From Octopus vulgaris (Eukaryota), in the NCBI GenBank assembly GCA_951406725.2, contig OX597817.1, forward strand, positions 24,118,001 to 24,182,000: a stretch of DNA of 64,000 nucleotides. The letters run 5' to 3'. The position numbers and the translations under genes are program-made. Below, in pieces: positions 26,897-39,693 of this stretch (the stretch's first letter is position 1; each line of letters opens with the position of its first letter). The notes beneath the pieces are model-generated. The model saw only the letters and a program-made list of their open reading frames with translations, ran no database searches and was not told where the DNA came from.

Positions 26897-27137
26897 ACAC
26901 ATATCTGTTTCTTTATTGCCCACAAGGGGCTAAACATAGAGGGGACAAACAAGGACAGACAAACGGATTAAGTCGATTACATCGACCCCAGAGTGTAACT
27001 GGTACTTAATTTATCGACCCCAAAAGGATGAAAGGTAAAGTCGACCTCGACGGAATTCGAACTCAGAACGCAACGACAGACGCAATACCGCTAAGCATTT
27101 CGCACGGTGTGCTAACGTTTCTGCCAGCTCGCCGCCT
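26897..27137 (-). mobile_element. SINE family B, full length
   Basis: Family B match; TSD tacacatatct on both sides. Confidence 0.85.
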
Positions 27138-27333
27138 TACACATATCTATTTATCCATAAATCTTTCTCTATCACATACACACTCATACTTACTCTTTAG
27201 CTTGATTGCATCCTTAAACATGAACAAATTATAATGGAATGACATTGCCAACTTGTATATTTCACAATTATGGAAGCAGCACAATTTCCCAACCCAAACC
27301 CAATGCACCAGTAAAATGTGTGAGCTTGTTTGC

Positions 27334-27704
27334 ATGTATGTATGTATGTATGTATGTATGTATGTATGTATGTATGTATGTATGTATGTATGTATGTATG
27401 TGTATGTATGTATGTATGTATGTTTGTATGTATGTATGTATGTATGTATGTATGTATGTATGTATTTATGTATGTATGTATGTTTGTATGTATGTATGTA
27501 TGTATGTATGTATGTATGTATGTATGTATGTATGTATTTATGTATGTATTGTATGTATGTATGTATGTATGTATGTATGTATGTATGTATGTTTGTATGT
27601 ATGTATGTATGTATGTTTGTATGTATGTATGTATGTATGTATGTATGTATGTATTTATGTATGTATGTATGTATTGTATGTATGTATGTATGTATATATA
27701 TATG

Positions 27705-27735
<31 letters not shown>

Positions 27736-28138
27736 TGTATGTATGTATGTATGTATGTATGTATGTATGTATGTATGTATGTATGTATGTATGTATGCAT
27801 GCATGCATGCATGTATGTATCTATGTATCTATGTATCTATGTATGTATACATTTTTGTGTGTATGTATGTGTGTGTGTATGGATGGATGTGTTTGTGTGT
27901 GTATGTAAGTATGCATGTATGTATGTATGTATGTATGTATGTATGTATGTATGTATGTATGTATGTATGTATGTATGTATGTATGTATGTATGTATGTAT
28001 GTATGTATGCATGCATGCATGCATGTATGTATCTATGTATCTATGTATCTATGTATGTATACATTTTTGTGTGTATGTATGTGTGTGTGTATGGATGGAT
28101 GTGTTTGTGTGTGTGTCTGTCTGTGTATGTGTGTGTAC
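27334..28138. repeat. Long compound (TATG)n array with a ~212-bp higher-order duplication
   Basis: Block gcatgcatgc...acatttttgtg...atggatggatg at ~27797-27902 and ~28009-28115. Confidence 0.9.
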
Positions 28139-28237
28139 ATGAAAATAAAACGGAGTAAATAAACAAAAATTTTATAACATAATTTTATTTCAAAACTTTC
28201 ATTCAGAAAGTTTAGTTAATCAAAATAAATGAAATAT

Positions 28238-28239
28238 TG

Positions 28240-28279
<40 letters not shown>

Positions 28280-28410
28280 TGACGATGATGATGGTGATGA
28301 TGATAATGGTGATGATGATGATGATGATGATGATGATAGCAATATCAACAACAACAACAACTACAACAAAAGCAACAGTAGCAACAGCAGCAATGATAAT
28401 AACAATAACA
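28238..28410. repeat. Compound trinucleotide (AAT)n-(GAT)n-(CAA)n/(CAG)n
   Basis: Directly visible. Confidence 0.9.
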
Positions 28411-29037
28411 GAACAAAAATTGAATAAAATATTTAAATAATAATCACACACCACACAAGAAAAGAGAAACAATAAAATATCAACATTAACTTACATAATA
28501 ACAGGAACCATAAAACTATGTGAAAAAAATTTTAAACTTAAAAATTAAAAAACAACGATGATAACAACTACAGGGAAGAGGGAGGAAGTGAAATAAGAAA
28601 TATCAGATTCCTGGTGTTGTATGTCAGGATTTGTTGATTGATTAGCAGAGTTTGTGACATTTATGTATGTTGAGATTCTGAAATTAATAATGTTCAATTT
28701 CCTACAGTGTAGTGTAGAATAGGATGGATGTAAGATGGCATGTGTGTGTGTGTGTGTGTATTGGTGAAATGGATGATTAGGAACAAGAGGGTGGGGTTAC
28801 TGGTGAGCGGGGATGCTGAGAAAAGGAAAGAGAAAGAGAAAGTGAAAGTAAAAGATGTAGACGGATAGACAGATGGAGAGAGCAAAAGTTTTAATTATAA
28901 AATATATATTGAATTCAATAATGTATCGGAAAGGATGAAAATATGCTCGAATGCCCTCATATAAGTACGTAGTGATAACAATATAGTGAAGGTGTATTTA
29001 AAATATATTTAATATCTTCATATAGATACCTATGAAT

Positions 29038-29452
29038 TTGTATGTGTATATGTGTGTGTATATGTGGGTGCATATATGTGCATGCATGTGTATGTATGTG
29101 TATGTGTGTGTATGTGTATAAATGGGTATATGTGTGTGCATATATGTGTATGCATGTGTATGTATGTGTATATGTGTGTATGTGTATAAATGGGTATATG
29201 TGTGTGCATATATGTGTATGCATGTGTATGTATGTGTATGTGTGTGTATGCGTATATATGGGTGTGTGTATATATGGGTGTATGTGCATATGTATATATG
29301 AGTACATGTGAGTGTATATGTGTGTGTATGTATGTGCTTGTGTATTGCATCCTATATACGTAGTCATACACATGTATAGTAAATACGTGCATATGAGAGG
29401 TTGTATGGGTATATGAGGGGGAATGCAAAACTGAAGTGCAACAAAAAGAGAA

Positions 29453-29501
<49 letters not shown>

Positions 29502-29660
29502 AAGTGGAAGAGAGAGAACAATAGATGAAGGGGGATATACAAAAGGAAACAATAAAAGAAAGGATAGAAAATGACATAGTTGAGAATGTATGAATGTATG
29601 AGAAAGAAATAGAAGGAAGCAATGAAAGAGAAAGAGAGAGAGAGAGAGAGAGTGACAAAC
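29038..29660. repeat. (TG/TA)-rich tract with a ~68-bp duplication, then (GA)n tracts
   Basis: gtataaatgggtatatgtgtgtgcatatatgtgtatgcatgtgtatg occurs twice; GA runs at 29447-29494 and 29627-29652. Confidence 0.85.
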
Positions 29661-30689
29661 AGACAGACAGAAATATATGAAAGAAAGGGAGTATTAATGA
29701 CAATCACTAAGCAAATAAACCTAATATTGATTTCCAAACATCTGGCAAAAATATTAAACAATTATATGAATAAATAAAAACATATTCCAAAAAATAGTTG
29801 TCCACTCATATTATATAAATGAATAAAATAAAACTAAAAAATTTCAAAACGAAAGAAAACAGGACAAAAATAAAAATCTTTTTTTCTTTTTCTGTAAAAT
29901 TTCTAATAATTTCCAGCAAGACAAGCAGTAAAAGTAACCGACATTTATGACTGATGTTGTCAGCCAATGAAATCTCTTAATTATAACTTCTCCCAGCAAT
30001 GCCAATATCAAATAGATATATCATTGAAAGTTGATATTGGACACTATCATTAAATAACTACCATTTAATTATTTATTTATTTATTTATATTTTTTATTCG
30101 TAATTTTATTTATTTATTTTAACTTTCTCTTTATCTGGCTTCAACCTCTCTTCTGGTGGCATGGTTGGATTTGTTTGCCTGAGTTTTCGTACTATTTGTC
30201 ATTGCATACTGTTCAAGCAATTGTTTATTTAACCTTCTCCTAATACTTTCATTACAAATTAGAAGTTGTTGCTGTTGTTGTTGTTGTTGTCTAACTCCAA
30301 GTCAGTCGAAATAAAAATGGACTATGATCAGAATACAATGTTATCCATATATTCTTTCTTTATTTAACCCTTTTGCTACCGTTAATGTTCTGTAGGGACA
30401 CAGTATTTTGTTATACAACTATAATAATCTACAAAGTATATTTATGATTGCATAACGAAATACTCTGTCCCTACATTAATATTTACATGCCAGCTTCTAG
30501 GTATGTGTATAATATGTAAAACTGGGATATCCAATAATGCTACAACATTATATTTAGTGGCTTGTGTTCATGGATGATTAATGGATTGATGAAGGATCAA
30601 AAACTCTTGAAATATGTCTTATATGTCCATTGCCCATTTTTCATCTTCGATCTCATTGTTGTTTAGATCAAGCATCTCAGATATGAAAT

Positions 30690-31356
30690 ATCATCATCAT
30701 CATCATCATCGTTTAATGTCTGCTTCTACAGCTGGATGCCCTTCCTAATGCTTACCACTCCGAGAGTGTAGTGGGTGCTTTTATGTGCCACAGGTATGAG
30801 GGCCATTCAGGTGGTACTGGCAACAGCCATGCTCAAATGTTTTTTTTTTTATGTGCCACCTGCACAGGAGCCAGTCCAGCAGCACTGGCAATGACTTCGC
30901 TCAAATGAATTTTCATGTGCCAGTAAGGCAACGCTGATAATGATCACGCTCAAATGGTGCTTTTTACGTGCCACTGGCACAGAAGCCAATCAGGTGCTCT
31001 GGCAATGATCTCACACAGATGGTGCTCTTAGCGCTCCACTAGGACAGATGCCTGTCATTGAATTTGATTTTGCTTTTGATTTCACTTGCCTCAACAGGTC
31101 TTCACAAACAGAGTTTAGTGTCCAATGAAGGAAAGGTATGCATAAGTGGGCTGGATATACCCCTGACATAGGCCACGGGTTATGGTCTCACTTGGCTTGC
31201 TGGGACTTCTCATGCACAGCATATTTCCAAAGGTCTCGGTCACTAGTCATTGCCTTGGTGAAGCCCAATGTTCGAAGGTCGTGCTTCACCACCTCATCCC
31301 AGATATTCCTGGGTCTACTTCTCCCATAGCTTCCCTCAACTGCTAGGGTTTGGCAA
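30690..31356 (-). mobile_element. RTE LINE 3' fragment
   Basis: Reverse-complement homology to ~34645-35415; (CAT)n at left end. Confidence 0.85.
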
Positions 31357-31399
31357 AATCAGTGCTGGCTATATTTTTCTGTAGAAAATCTGTAGAGAC

Positions 31400-31624
31400 A
31401 ACCTTTTGTTAGCATATTTCTGTTGAAATATTCCGATTTAACTTTTTATAAATTTTGAAAATTATGGAAGAATTTAATAAAATAGTAATGCCATTATTAA
31501 GCTAGTGTTTGGAGCATAAATGAACATGAAATTTTCAATGATGTTTTTAATTTAGATCACTTTATAACTGGAAGTTTGTATCATAGAACTAGGAGCAATT
31601 TCAGGTGGATTAGTATCAAGAGGT
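31400..31624. mobile_element. Diverged TTAA-type MITE related to 31629-31849
   Basis: Similar internal sequence (GAAGAATTTAATAAAATA...TTTTAATTTA); ends GTATCAAGAGGT-TTAA. Confidence 0.55.
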
Positions 31625-31628
31625 TTAA

Positions 31629-31849
31629 CCCTTTCGTTACTGTATTTATTTTGAGATGTTCTATGTTTCTTTCAATTACTTTAAATATAACAAAGAATTT
31701 AGTAAAATAACTTAGTTACCATTCAGCTTGTATTAGGAACATAAATTGTGACTAAGGTTTGGTGGAAGATTTTAATTTAAAACTTATGGAAACAAGACAT
31801 TTGTACAACAGAGCCAGAGCCGGTTTCAGCCGGGTTGGTAATAAAAGGG
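31629..31849. mobile_element. piggyBac-type MITE
   Basis: TTAA-CCCTTTCGTTAC ... GTAATAAAAGGG-TTAA (TTAA at 31625-31628 and 31850-31853). Confidence 0.8.
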
Positions 31850-32095
31850 TTAAGACAGTAAGGTGCAACCTGAGGGAGATTTTGGTCGTTCTGCATAGGT
31901 CAAAATGCTACATCACAGAGGCTCCCTCAGAGGTAAAAGTTGAACCAGTTTGTTGCCCATCTATGTCAAGGTAGAGGCTTCTATAAGCTATTTAATTTAT
32001 TGTTTTCTTAGCAAGTGCAGCAATAGTCAAGCAATTCACCATTTTATAACAGTGTTGGGTTCATGAGAATTTTGTTGTAATATAGAGTTCTGTAA

Positions 32096-32502
32096 TACTC
32101 TTTTACTTGTTTCAGTCATTTGACTGTGGCCATGCTGGAGCACCGCCTTTAGTTGAGCAAATCGACCCCGGGACTTATTCTTTGTAAGCCTAGTACTTAT
32201 TCTATCAGTATCTTTTGTTGAACTGCTAAGTTACAGAGATGTAAACACACCAGCATCGGTTGTCAAACAATGTTGGGGGGATAAAAACACAGACTCACAA
32301 ACATATACACACACATACATATATGTATATACATAAATACGACGAGCTTCTTTCAGTTTCCGTCTACTAAATCCACTCACAAGGCTTTGGTCAGCCCAAG
32401 GCTATAGTAGAAGACACTTGCCCAAGGCACCAGGCAGTAGGACTGAACCCAGAACCATGTGGTTCATAAGCAAGCTACTTACCACACAGCCACTTCTGCG
32501 CC
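32096..32502 (-). mobile_element. SINE family A, full length
   Basis: Reverse complement of family A. Confidence 0.9.
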
Positions 32503-32764
32503 TATAATGCAAAACATATTAATGGAAGTCAATGTGAAAATAGGTTTTTTGTTACGGAACTCAACATTGCAGCAAAAATGTCTGAAGTGTAATGCTTCTG
32601 TAACATGGGGGATGTGCTATAGATTTTTCCCTTGAACTTTTGTCATGTGATATATTTAACTATTGATGAGTCATGGAGATATAAATACACAGAGGTATAG
32701 GCAGGTATATCTAGTCTCATAGTAATATCAATTTCCAAGAAGAACATTTCAATACAGCTTAAAA

Positions 32765-34776
32765 TAACGTGGTGGTGGAACAATATTGTTGACAGGGCTA
32801 TTAGACAAAAGAAACTGGCTTGGAAGGACTGGAAGAACGGTGGTAGCAGGGAAGTGTATCAGATTGCCAGAAGGGAAGCTAGGAGGCAGGTGTATTTAGC
32901 CAGAGGGGAAGCAGATAAGAAAAAATTTGCCAATGTTCTGCGCCATGAGGATGAAAGACTTGAGGTATTTCGTGTTGCAAGACAGCGTGAGAGAGAATCG
33001 TGATGTGGTAGGAGAGAAATGTGTTCGCATGGATGATGGTTCACTTGCGCTAAATGAGGATGCAAAGAGAGAGGTTTGGAGACACCACTATGAAAGGTTG
33101 CTTAATAAAGAAAATGAATGGGATAAAGAGAGTCTGCCGAATGTCGACCCAACAGAGGGACCAGCTGTCCAAGTTGACAGTTCCTTGGTAGTTAAGGCAA
33201 TTAGAAGCATGAAGACAGGGAAAGCCCCAGGCCCATCAGGAATTACTGCAGAGATGCTCAAAATATCTGGAAGCGTCAGCTATAGCCTAGTCACCCGTAT
33301 AGTTAACCACGAAGGAGTCATTCCCAACGACTGGTGTAGCAGCATAATAGTCAACTGCTACAAAAGTAGAGATGATGCCCTAGGTACAAATAACTACAGG
33401 GGTATCAAGCTGTGAATCAGGTAATGAAGGTTACAGAGAGGGTCATAGCCCAACTAATTAGAGAGAGAGTTAGTTTAGATGAGATGCAGTTTGGGTTCGT
33501 GCCAGGGAAAAGTACTACTGATGCTATATTCCTGGTAAGACAGCTGCAGGAGAAATACCTAGCCAAAGATAAGTCCCTGTACCTGGCTTTTGTTGACATG
33601 GAGAAAGCCTTCGACAGGGTCGCCCGATCCCTTATCTGGTGGTCAATGAGGAAACTAGGGATAGATGAATGGTTAGTGAGAGCTGTGCGAGCCATGTACA
33701 GGGACACTGCTAGTAAGGTGAGGGTTGGAAACGAGTACAGTGAAGAATTCCGGGTAGAGGTTGGGGTCAACCAAGGTTCAGTCCTCAGCCCTCTCCTATT
33801 TATCATAGTCCTCCAGGCAATAACGGAGGAATTCAAGGCAGGATGCCCCTGGGAGCTCCTCTATGCTGATGACCTTGCTCTAATTGCTGAGTCACTATCA
33901 GAACTGGAAGAGAAGTTTCAGGTGTGGAAGCAAGGACTAGAATCAAAGGGCCTTAGAGTCAATCTAGCTAAAACCAAAGTCCTAATATGTAGGAAGGTAG
34001 ACAAATCAGAAACGCCTTCAGGTAGATGGCCCTGCTCGATCTGTAGAAAAGGCGTAGGTAGAAACTCTATAAGATGCACCAAGTGTAAGCTATGGACTCA
34101 TAAGGCGTGCAGCAATGTCAAAGGAAGGCTAACTAAGAAAATAGTTTTTGTATGTGGCAGATGCTCAGGAGCAATAAACACTGAAAATGCGCAGAGACCA
34201 ACTTCCACCACATTCCAGGGAGAAAAACTAGAAATAGTTGATAGCTTCCGTTACCTAGGTGACCAAGTCAATAGCGGGGGTGGGGGTGCTGAAAGTGTAA
34301 CTGCTAGAGTAAGAATAGCCTGGGCAAAGTTCAGAGAGCTCTAACCCCTGCTGGTGACAAAAGGCCTCTCACTCAGAGTAAAAGGCAGACTGTATGATGC
34401 ATGTGTACGTACAGCCATGCTACATGGTAGTGAAACATGGGTTGTGACTGCTGAGGATATGTGTAAGCTCGCTAGAAATGAAGCCAGTATGCTCCGATGG
34501 ATGCGTAATGTCAGTGTTCATACTCGACAGAGTGTAAATACCTTGAGAAAGTTGGACCTAAGAAGCATCAGTTGTGGTGTGCAAGAGAGACGTTTGCGCT
34601 GGTATGGTCATGTGACGAGAATGGATGAAGAGAGTTGCGTCAAAAAGTGCCACACCCTAGTGGTTGAGGGAACCTGTGGAAGAGGTAGACCCAGGAAAAC
34701 CTGGGACAAGGTGGTGAAGCACGACCATCGAACTTTAGGTCTCACTGAGGAAATGACTAGAGACCGAGACCTATAG
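32765..34776 (+). pseudogene. RTE ORF pseudogene: reverse transcriptase with embedded PHD-like finger
   Basis: Motifs WWWN, GKAPGPSGITAEML, NYRGIKL, QFGFVPGKSTTDAIF, AFVDMEKAFDRV, QGSVLSPLLF, LLYADD (33862), FRYLG, RLRWYGHV, GRPRKTW across ORFs 32927-33415, 33412-34344, 34354-34776; frameshifts and stops. Confidence 0.92.
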
Positions 34777-34974
34777 AAGTATGCTGTGCATGAGAAGACC
34801 CGGCAAGACAAGTGAGACCATAACCTGTGGCCTCTACCTGGGATGTAGCCACTCCACTTATGCATACCTTTCCTTCTTGGGATACAAAACTCTACTTGTG
34901 AAGACCTGTTGAGCCAAGTGAGAATCAGAATCAAAATCGAAATCGATCAACATCAATGGAAATTGTAACTGTGA

Positions 34975-35260
34975 TACCAGTGCCGGTGGCACGTAAGTGA
35001 ACCATCCGAACGTGGCCATTGCAAACGCCGCCCTGACGGGCCTCCATGCTGGTGGCACGTAAAAAGTACCATCCGATCATGGCTGTTGCCATCCCCGCCT
35101 GGCCCCCTTGCCAGTGGCACATAAAAAGCACCATCCGATCGTGGCCATTGCCAGCCTTGCCTGGCCCCTGTGCCAGTGGCATGTAAAAAGCACCATCCGA
35201 CCATGGCCATTTGCCAGCCCCATCTGGCACCTGTGCCGGTGGCTCGTAAAAAGCACCCAC
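34975..35260 (+). repeat. Tandem ~56-bp repeats in the RTE 3' UTR
   Basis: About five units GTGCC(G/A)GTGGCACGTAAAAAGCACCATCCGATCGTGGCCATTGCC. Confidence 0.8.
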
Positions 35261-35914
35261 TACACTCACGGAGTGATTGACGTTAGGAAGAGCATCCAGC
35301 CATAGAAACATTGCCAGATCAGGCTGGGCCTGGTGCAGCCTTCTGGCTTCCCAACCCCAGTAGAACCGTCCAACCCATGTTAGCATGGAAAGCGGACGCT
35401 AAATGATGATGATGAAGTTTTAGTTTTATTAAAAAACTCACTTGTGTTTACGTATCTCTTTACCCATAGATGTTGAATTGAGTAGTGGAAATATACTTAT
35501 TAAAATGCAATCAAGTCATTGTTAGAGAAAATATTATGATTAGCAACTGAAAGAGGACCAGTACTTGTTTCATGAGTAATTTGATCTGATATCACATGTT
35601 GAAATTGAAACAACTGCATTAAGAGTGTCATTTAAGACATACATATGCTTTTGTATTCAATTTTATTTCCTTAGTCACTAACAATTGTATCTCCACTGTA
35701 TAATGGAATAGAGGCAATATCCTGTCTTATGACAGTACATTTTGACAGTGTCAAAATATATATTATTAAAAAAATCGTACAAAAATGAATGAAATAGCAT
35801 ATGTGTTTTTTAATTACTATCAGGACTCTTTATGAATGTTTGTGTGTAAGTGTGTGTGTGTGTTTGCATGCATGCATGTATACTAATATATATATATATG
35901 TATATATGCATATA

Positions 35915-35961
<47 letters not shown>

Positions 35962-36033
35962 TTATCATCCAATCTTTATAGAGTCCCACTTCTTCTATAG
36001 TTTAAGACCTATAAATCTTATTTCAGTGTGCTA

Positions 36034-36387
36034 GCGCCGCCTTAACTGGCTTCTGTGCCGGTGGCACGCAAACAGCACCATCCGAATCATGGCCGATGCC
36101 AGAGCTGCCTCGACTGGCTTCCGTGCCGGTGACACGTAAAATGCACCGATCCAATCGTGGCCGTTGCCAGCCCCACCTGGCACCCGTGCAGGTGGCACGT
36201 AAAAAGCACCCACTACACTCACGGAGTGGTTGGCGTTAGGAAGGGCATCCAGCTGTAGAAACACTGCCAGATCAGACTGGAGCCTGGTGCAGCCTTCTGG
36301 CTTCCCAGATCCCCAGTCGAACCGTCCAACCCATGCTAGCATGGAGAACGGACGTTAAACGATGATGATGATGATGATGATGATGAT
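36034..36387 (+). mobile_element. RTE LINE 3' fragment
   Basis: 3' UTR repeats and GGACGTTAAAC(GAT)n. Confidence 0.85.
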
Positions 36388-38101
36388 CCCTATCCAAAAA
36401 AACTTTTTCACAGAGCACCCAGGAGGCATTTTTTTTCTTGGTACCACAACCAGCTCTTCCACCTTGGTCTCTACACCATTGTATACTGTGATGTTCATTT
36501 TCTTGTTTGTTTTGATGATGGCATTTGTAAGAAGTTTCTAATGTCAGCAATGATACTATGTATGAGTAGCTATTCTTGATGTTAGGGCAATTAAAGAATT
36601 TATGATATCTTTAGGTTACTAGGAAATGCTATCTAATTAGTGTCAGGAAGCTGCTAGCTGTATCAATAATAACATTTACATTGAATGGAAGACTAAATTA
36701 GATTAACTTTCTCTTTATAAATTTCTTTGGATTCGTAGTTGGGGTGAGAAATCTTCTATATACACTAACTTGTCAATTAAGCCACTTTTTACTCTATCTT
36801 TACTATTGACTCTTTGTTAAAGAGTGTGTCGCTGTTGTATCCCCCAATAGATTAGTGATTTGTCTGCTGATATCGTAAGTAGATTTTTAAATACAGCTGA
36901 TGGTTGGAGATTCTATAGATATAAGTGTGTGTGACAGAAAGTGAGGTTTAAGTTCGGTATTTTCAGGCTTAGAGAATTATCTAGTAATTAATCATTTTGC
37001 TTTCTAAATTTTATAAGTCTGAGTGTTTTCACTTTTCAGCAAGGAAATGAAAAACTGTGGTCTTACTACACAAAACCTAACATTAGTCTGTGGTTTTACC
37101 ACACAAAATCTAACAAATAAGAATATGAGGAAACAATTAAAAGAATATGAGAAATATTAAATATCCATCATATAAACATCTGTTATTTGATATTCAATTA
37201 AAAGACTATATCATAAGTTATTTTCTCACATTTTTACAACCAACAATTTAGGTGCTTACTACTATTTTGATAATCACTTTATTGCTTAATCTTAGCTGGA
37301 ATAAAACAGATATTAAAATTTGGGAAACTGTCAAATAATGGGAAGCACCTGTCCTATACAGTTGCAGCTTAAACGGAATCATGTATTACAAAACTATACT
37401 CCTCTATAATATGTAAACCTCAATCATTCATGACAATAACAGTAATAATGATGTTACAAATAACATTTCTTGTGATATAAGCAGCAAATGCATGCAAACA
37501 AAGATAGCCTCTGAGAAAGGTTGCAGAAAATGCTGCTCTTTTCTCATACCTACAACAAATGGATTGGCTTTATTTAACCATTACTAATATTAAACTTACA
37601 GAGTTAATGTTGACAGTGATAAATGATTTTTAAGAGGAGTAAATTATGTGTTATATATTATAGAATAGCAGTTGGGGGGAGAAAAAGTTACTAATGATAA
37701 GATTGAAGGAACTTGTGAAAGACGAAGATTAAAGACATTGGATAAAGAGATGTGGTTTGATTTCTAGATGCAAGATTTGACAAAGAAAATTACAAAGGAG
37801 TACAGCAAATGCAGAAAAGTTGTATTCAAATGAACTTTACAATCTATTCCAGAAAAGGGATGTAGGAATGGTGATGATGATGATGATGATGATAATGACG
37901 ACAATTGTGAGGAGGAAGATGATAATTATTATGATGATGATTATTACTTGATAGCAAAACTATATGCTACTATTTATTCTGTATTCGATTGGGGTGAAAA
38001 CCCAGTGGTATTTAAAGTTATTTAGGAAAAAACCAATTGTAGATATACAGAACAAAAACATGCAAATATACATATATATATATAAATATATATACACACA
38101 T

Positions 38102-38315
38102 TGTGGAGGCGCAATGGCCTAGTGGTTAGGGCAGCGGACTCGCGGTCGCAGGATCGCGGTTTCGATTCTCTGACCGGGCGTTGTGTGTGTTTATTGAGCG
38201 AAAACACCTAAAAGCTCTACGAGGCTCCGGCAGGGGGTGGTGATCCCTGCTGTACTCTTTCACCACAATGGCGGTGCCCCAGCATGGCCACAGCTCAAGA
38301 GCTGAAACTGGAAAA
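38102..38315 (+). mobile_element. Chimeric SINE: family C head + family-A-like 3' end
   Basis: TGTGGAGGCGCAATGGCCTAGTGGTTAGG...GTTTCGATTC; then GGCGGTGCCCCAGCATGGCCACAG. Confidence 0.8.
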
Positions 38316-38663
38316 ACAAAAAACAAACAAACAAAACACATATAATATTTTAAAATTTTATTTAAAAACCACTTGTCGGAATTCAAATAAAGTTTCACAG
38401 AATAATGGCACCAGTTATAAGCACATGGTGTGTAAAAAACATAAGGTTCTGTAAAACAACACAGAAAGTATAGCCATTTACCAAATTTACGTAAACTTTC
38501 ACTGCTTTAAATTATTAGCAAGGTGTAATGAAAACTCATGTAAACAAGAAAATACCATAATGTTGATACTGAAATGAACACACAATCATAAAGGTGGAAG
38601 AAATAAAAATAAACCAAAAAACAGCATTCAAAAATGATTGGTGAGATAGTTAATAAGGGATAT

Positions 38664-39083
38664 TCTTTCTTTTTCTTTTACTTGTTTCAGTCATTTGACT
38701 GCGGCCATGCTGGAGCACCGCCTTTAGTCAAGCAAATCGACCCCGGGACTTATTCTCTGTAAGCCCAGTACTTATTCTATCGGTCTCTTATGCCGAACCG
38801 CTAAGTTCTGGGGATGTAAACACACCAGCATCGGTTGTCAAGCAATGCTAGGGGGACAAACACACACACACACACAAACACACACACATACACATATATA
38901 CATATACATATATATACATATATACGACAGGCTTCTTTCAGATTCCGTCTACCAAATCCACTCACAAGGCATTGGTCGGCCCGGAGCTATAGCAGAAGAC
39001 ACTTGCCCAAGATGCCACACAGTGGGACTGAACCCAGAACCATGTGGTTGGTTAGCAAGCTACTTACCACACAGCCAATCCTG
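38664..39083 (-). mobile_element. SINE family A
   Basis: Reverse complement of family A. Confidence 0.9.
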
Positions 39084-39503
39084 ATGAGGTTTTGTTTGAA
39101 ATAAGTTGGAAAAGGCACTGGTCTATTGAACATGTTACCGTCTGGATGTCCTCTGGCATTATACCATGTGATGTATCTACTTTTGCCTGCCACAATTCAT
39201 CCTTTCTCCTAAATTGGTATCCATTCTCGTAAACACATTGCTTTACAAAAACCCCAAAAGTCTTCTGTTGGTCTAAATTGGGGGAACAGGCAGGTCACTT
39301 CACCTTCCAAGGTCCTCAGAAACCTAGTTGTTGCAGATACTCTACAGATACCATCAGTGAGTGTGAGGGCACATTATCTTGCATAAATAGTATGGTTGTC
39401 TTCAAGGTGATCCTTTGCTTTTTTAACCAAGGTTCAAAGGGCTTCCTCAGAAAGGCTATTTGCAGCCTGTCAGAGGGACAGATATCCAAATAAAATAAAA
39501 TAA

Positions 39504-39693
39504 ATCATCATCATCATCATCATCGTTTAACGTCCGCTTTCCATGCTAGCATGGGTTTGACGATTTTGACTGAGGGCTGCTGGCAAACCAGATGGCTGCA
39601 CCAGGCTCCAATCTTGATCTGGCAGAGTTTCTACAGCTGGATGCCCTTCCTAACACCAACCACTCCGAGAGTGTAGTGGGTGCTTTTTACATG
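39504..39693 (-). mobile_element. RTE 3' end; inverted duplicate of 41113-41313
   Basis: Shares private variants and flank with the 41.1-kb copy. Confidence 0.85.

Larger units (their letters stand above)
32765..35415 (+). mobile_element. RTE-clade non-LTR retrotransposon, 5'-truncated (endonuclease missing)
   Basis: Disrupted ORF plus 3' UTR with ~56-bp tandem repeats and (GAT)n tail; about ten related fragments in window. Confidence 0.92.

Noticed and set aside
27147-28162. Long ORFs of 190-307 aa (MYVC/HTYI repeats)
   Set aside because: Stop-free translation of the (TATG)n microsatellite.
28957-29761. 243- and 248-aa minus-strand ORFs
   Set aside because: Low-complexity (CA/TA)n and (CT)n read-through; no domain motifs.
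30587-30620. TTGATGA-AGGA..TCTT-GAAATATGTC hammerhead-like remnant
   Set aside because: Core C missing, weak stems, no stem I; too degenerate.
33417-33836. 139-aa antisense ORF
   Set aside because: Shadow of the RTE reverse transcriptase frame.
34975-35260. Regularly spaced repeats resembling a CRISPR array
   Set aside because: Tandem units of the RTE 3' UTR with related rather than unique spacers; eukaryotic context, no cas genes.
38102-38180. tRNA-like sequences (also 6095-6165, 11010, 16544, 45733)
   Set aside because: SINE heads: A/B boxes present but no proper acceptor stem, and they continue into repeat bodies.
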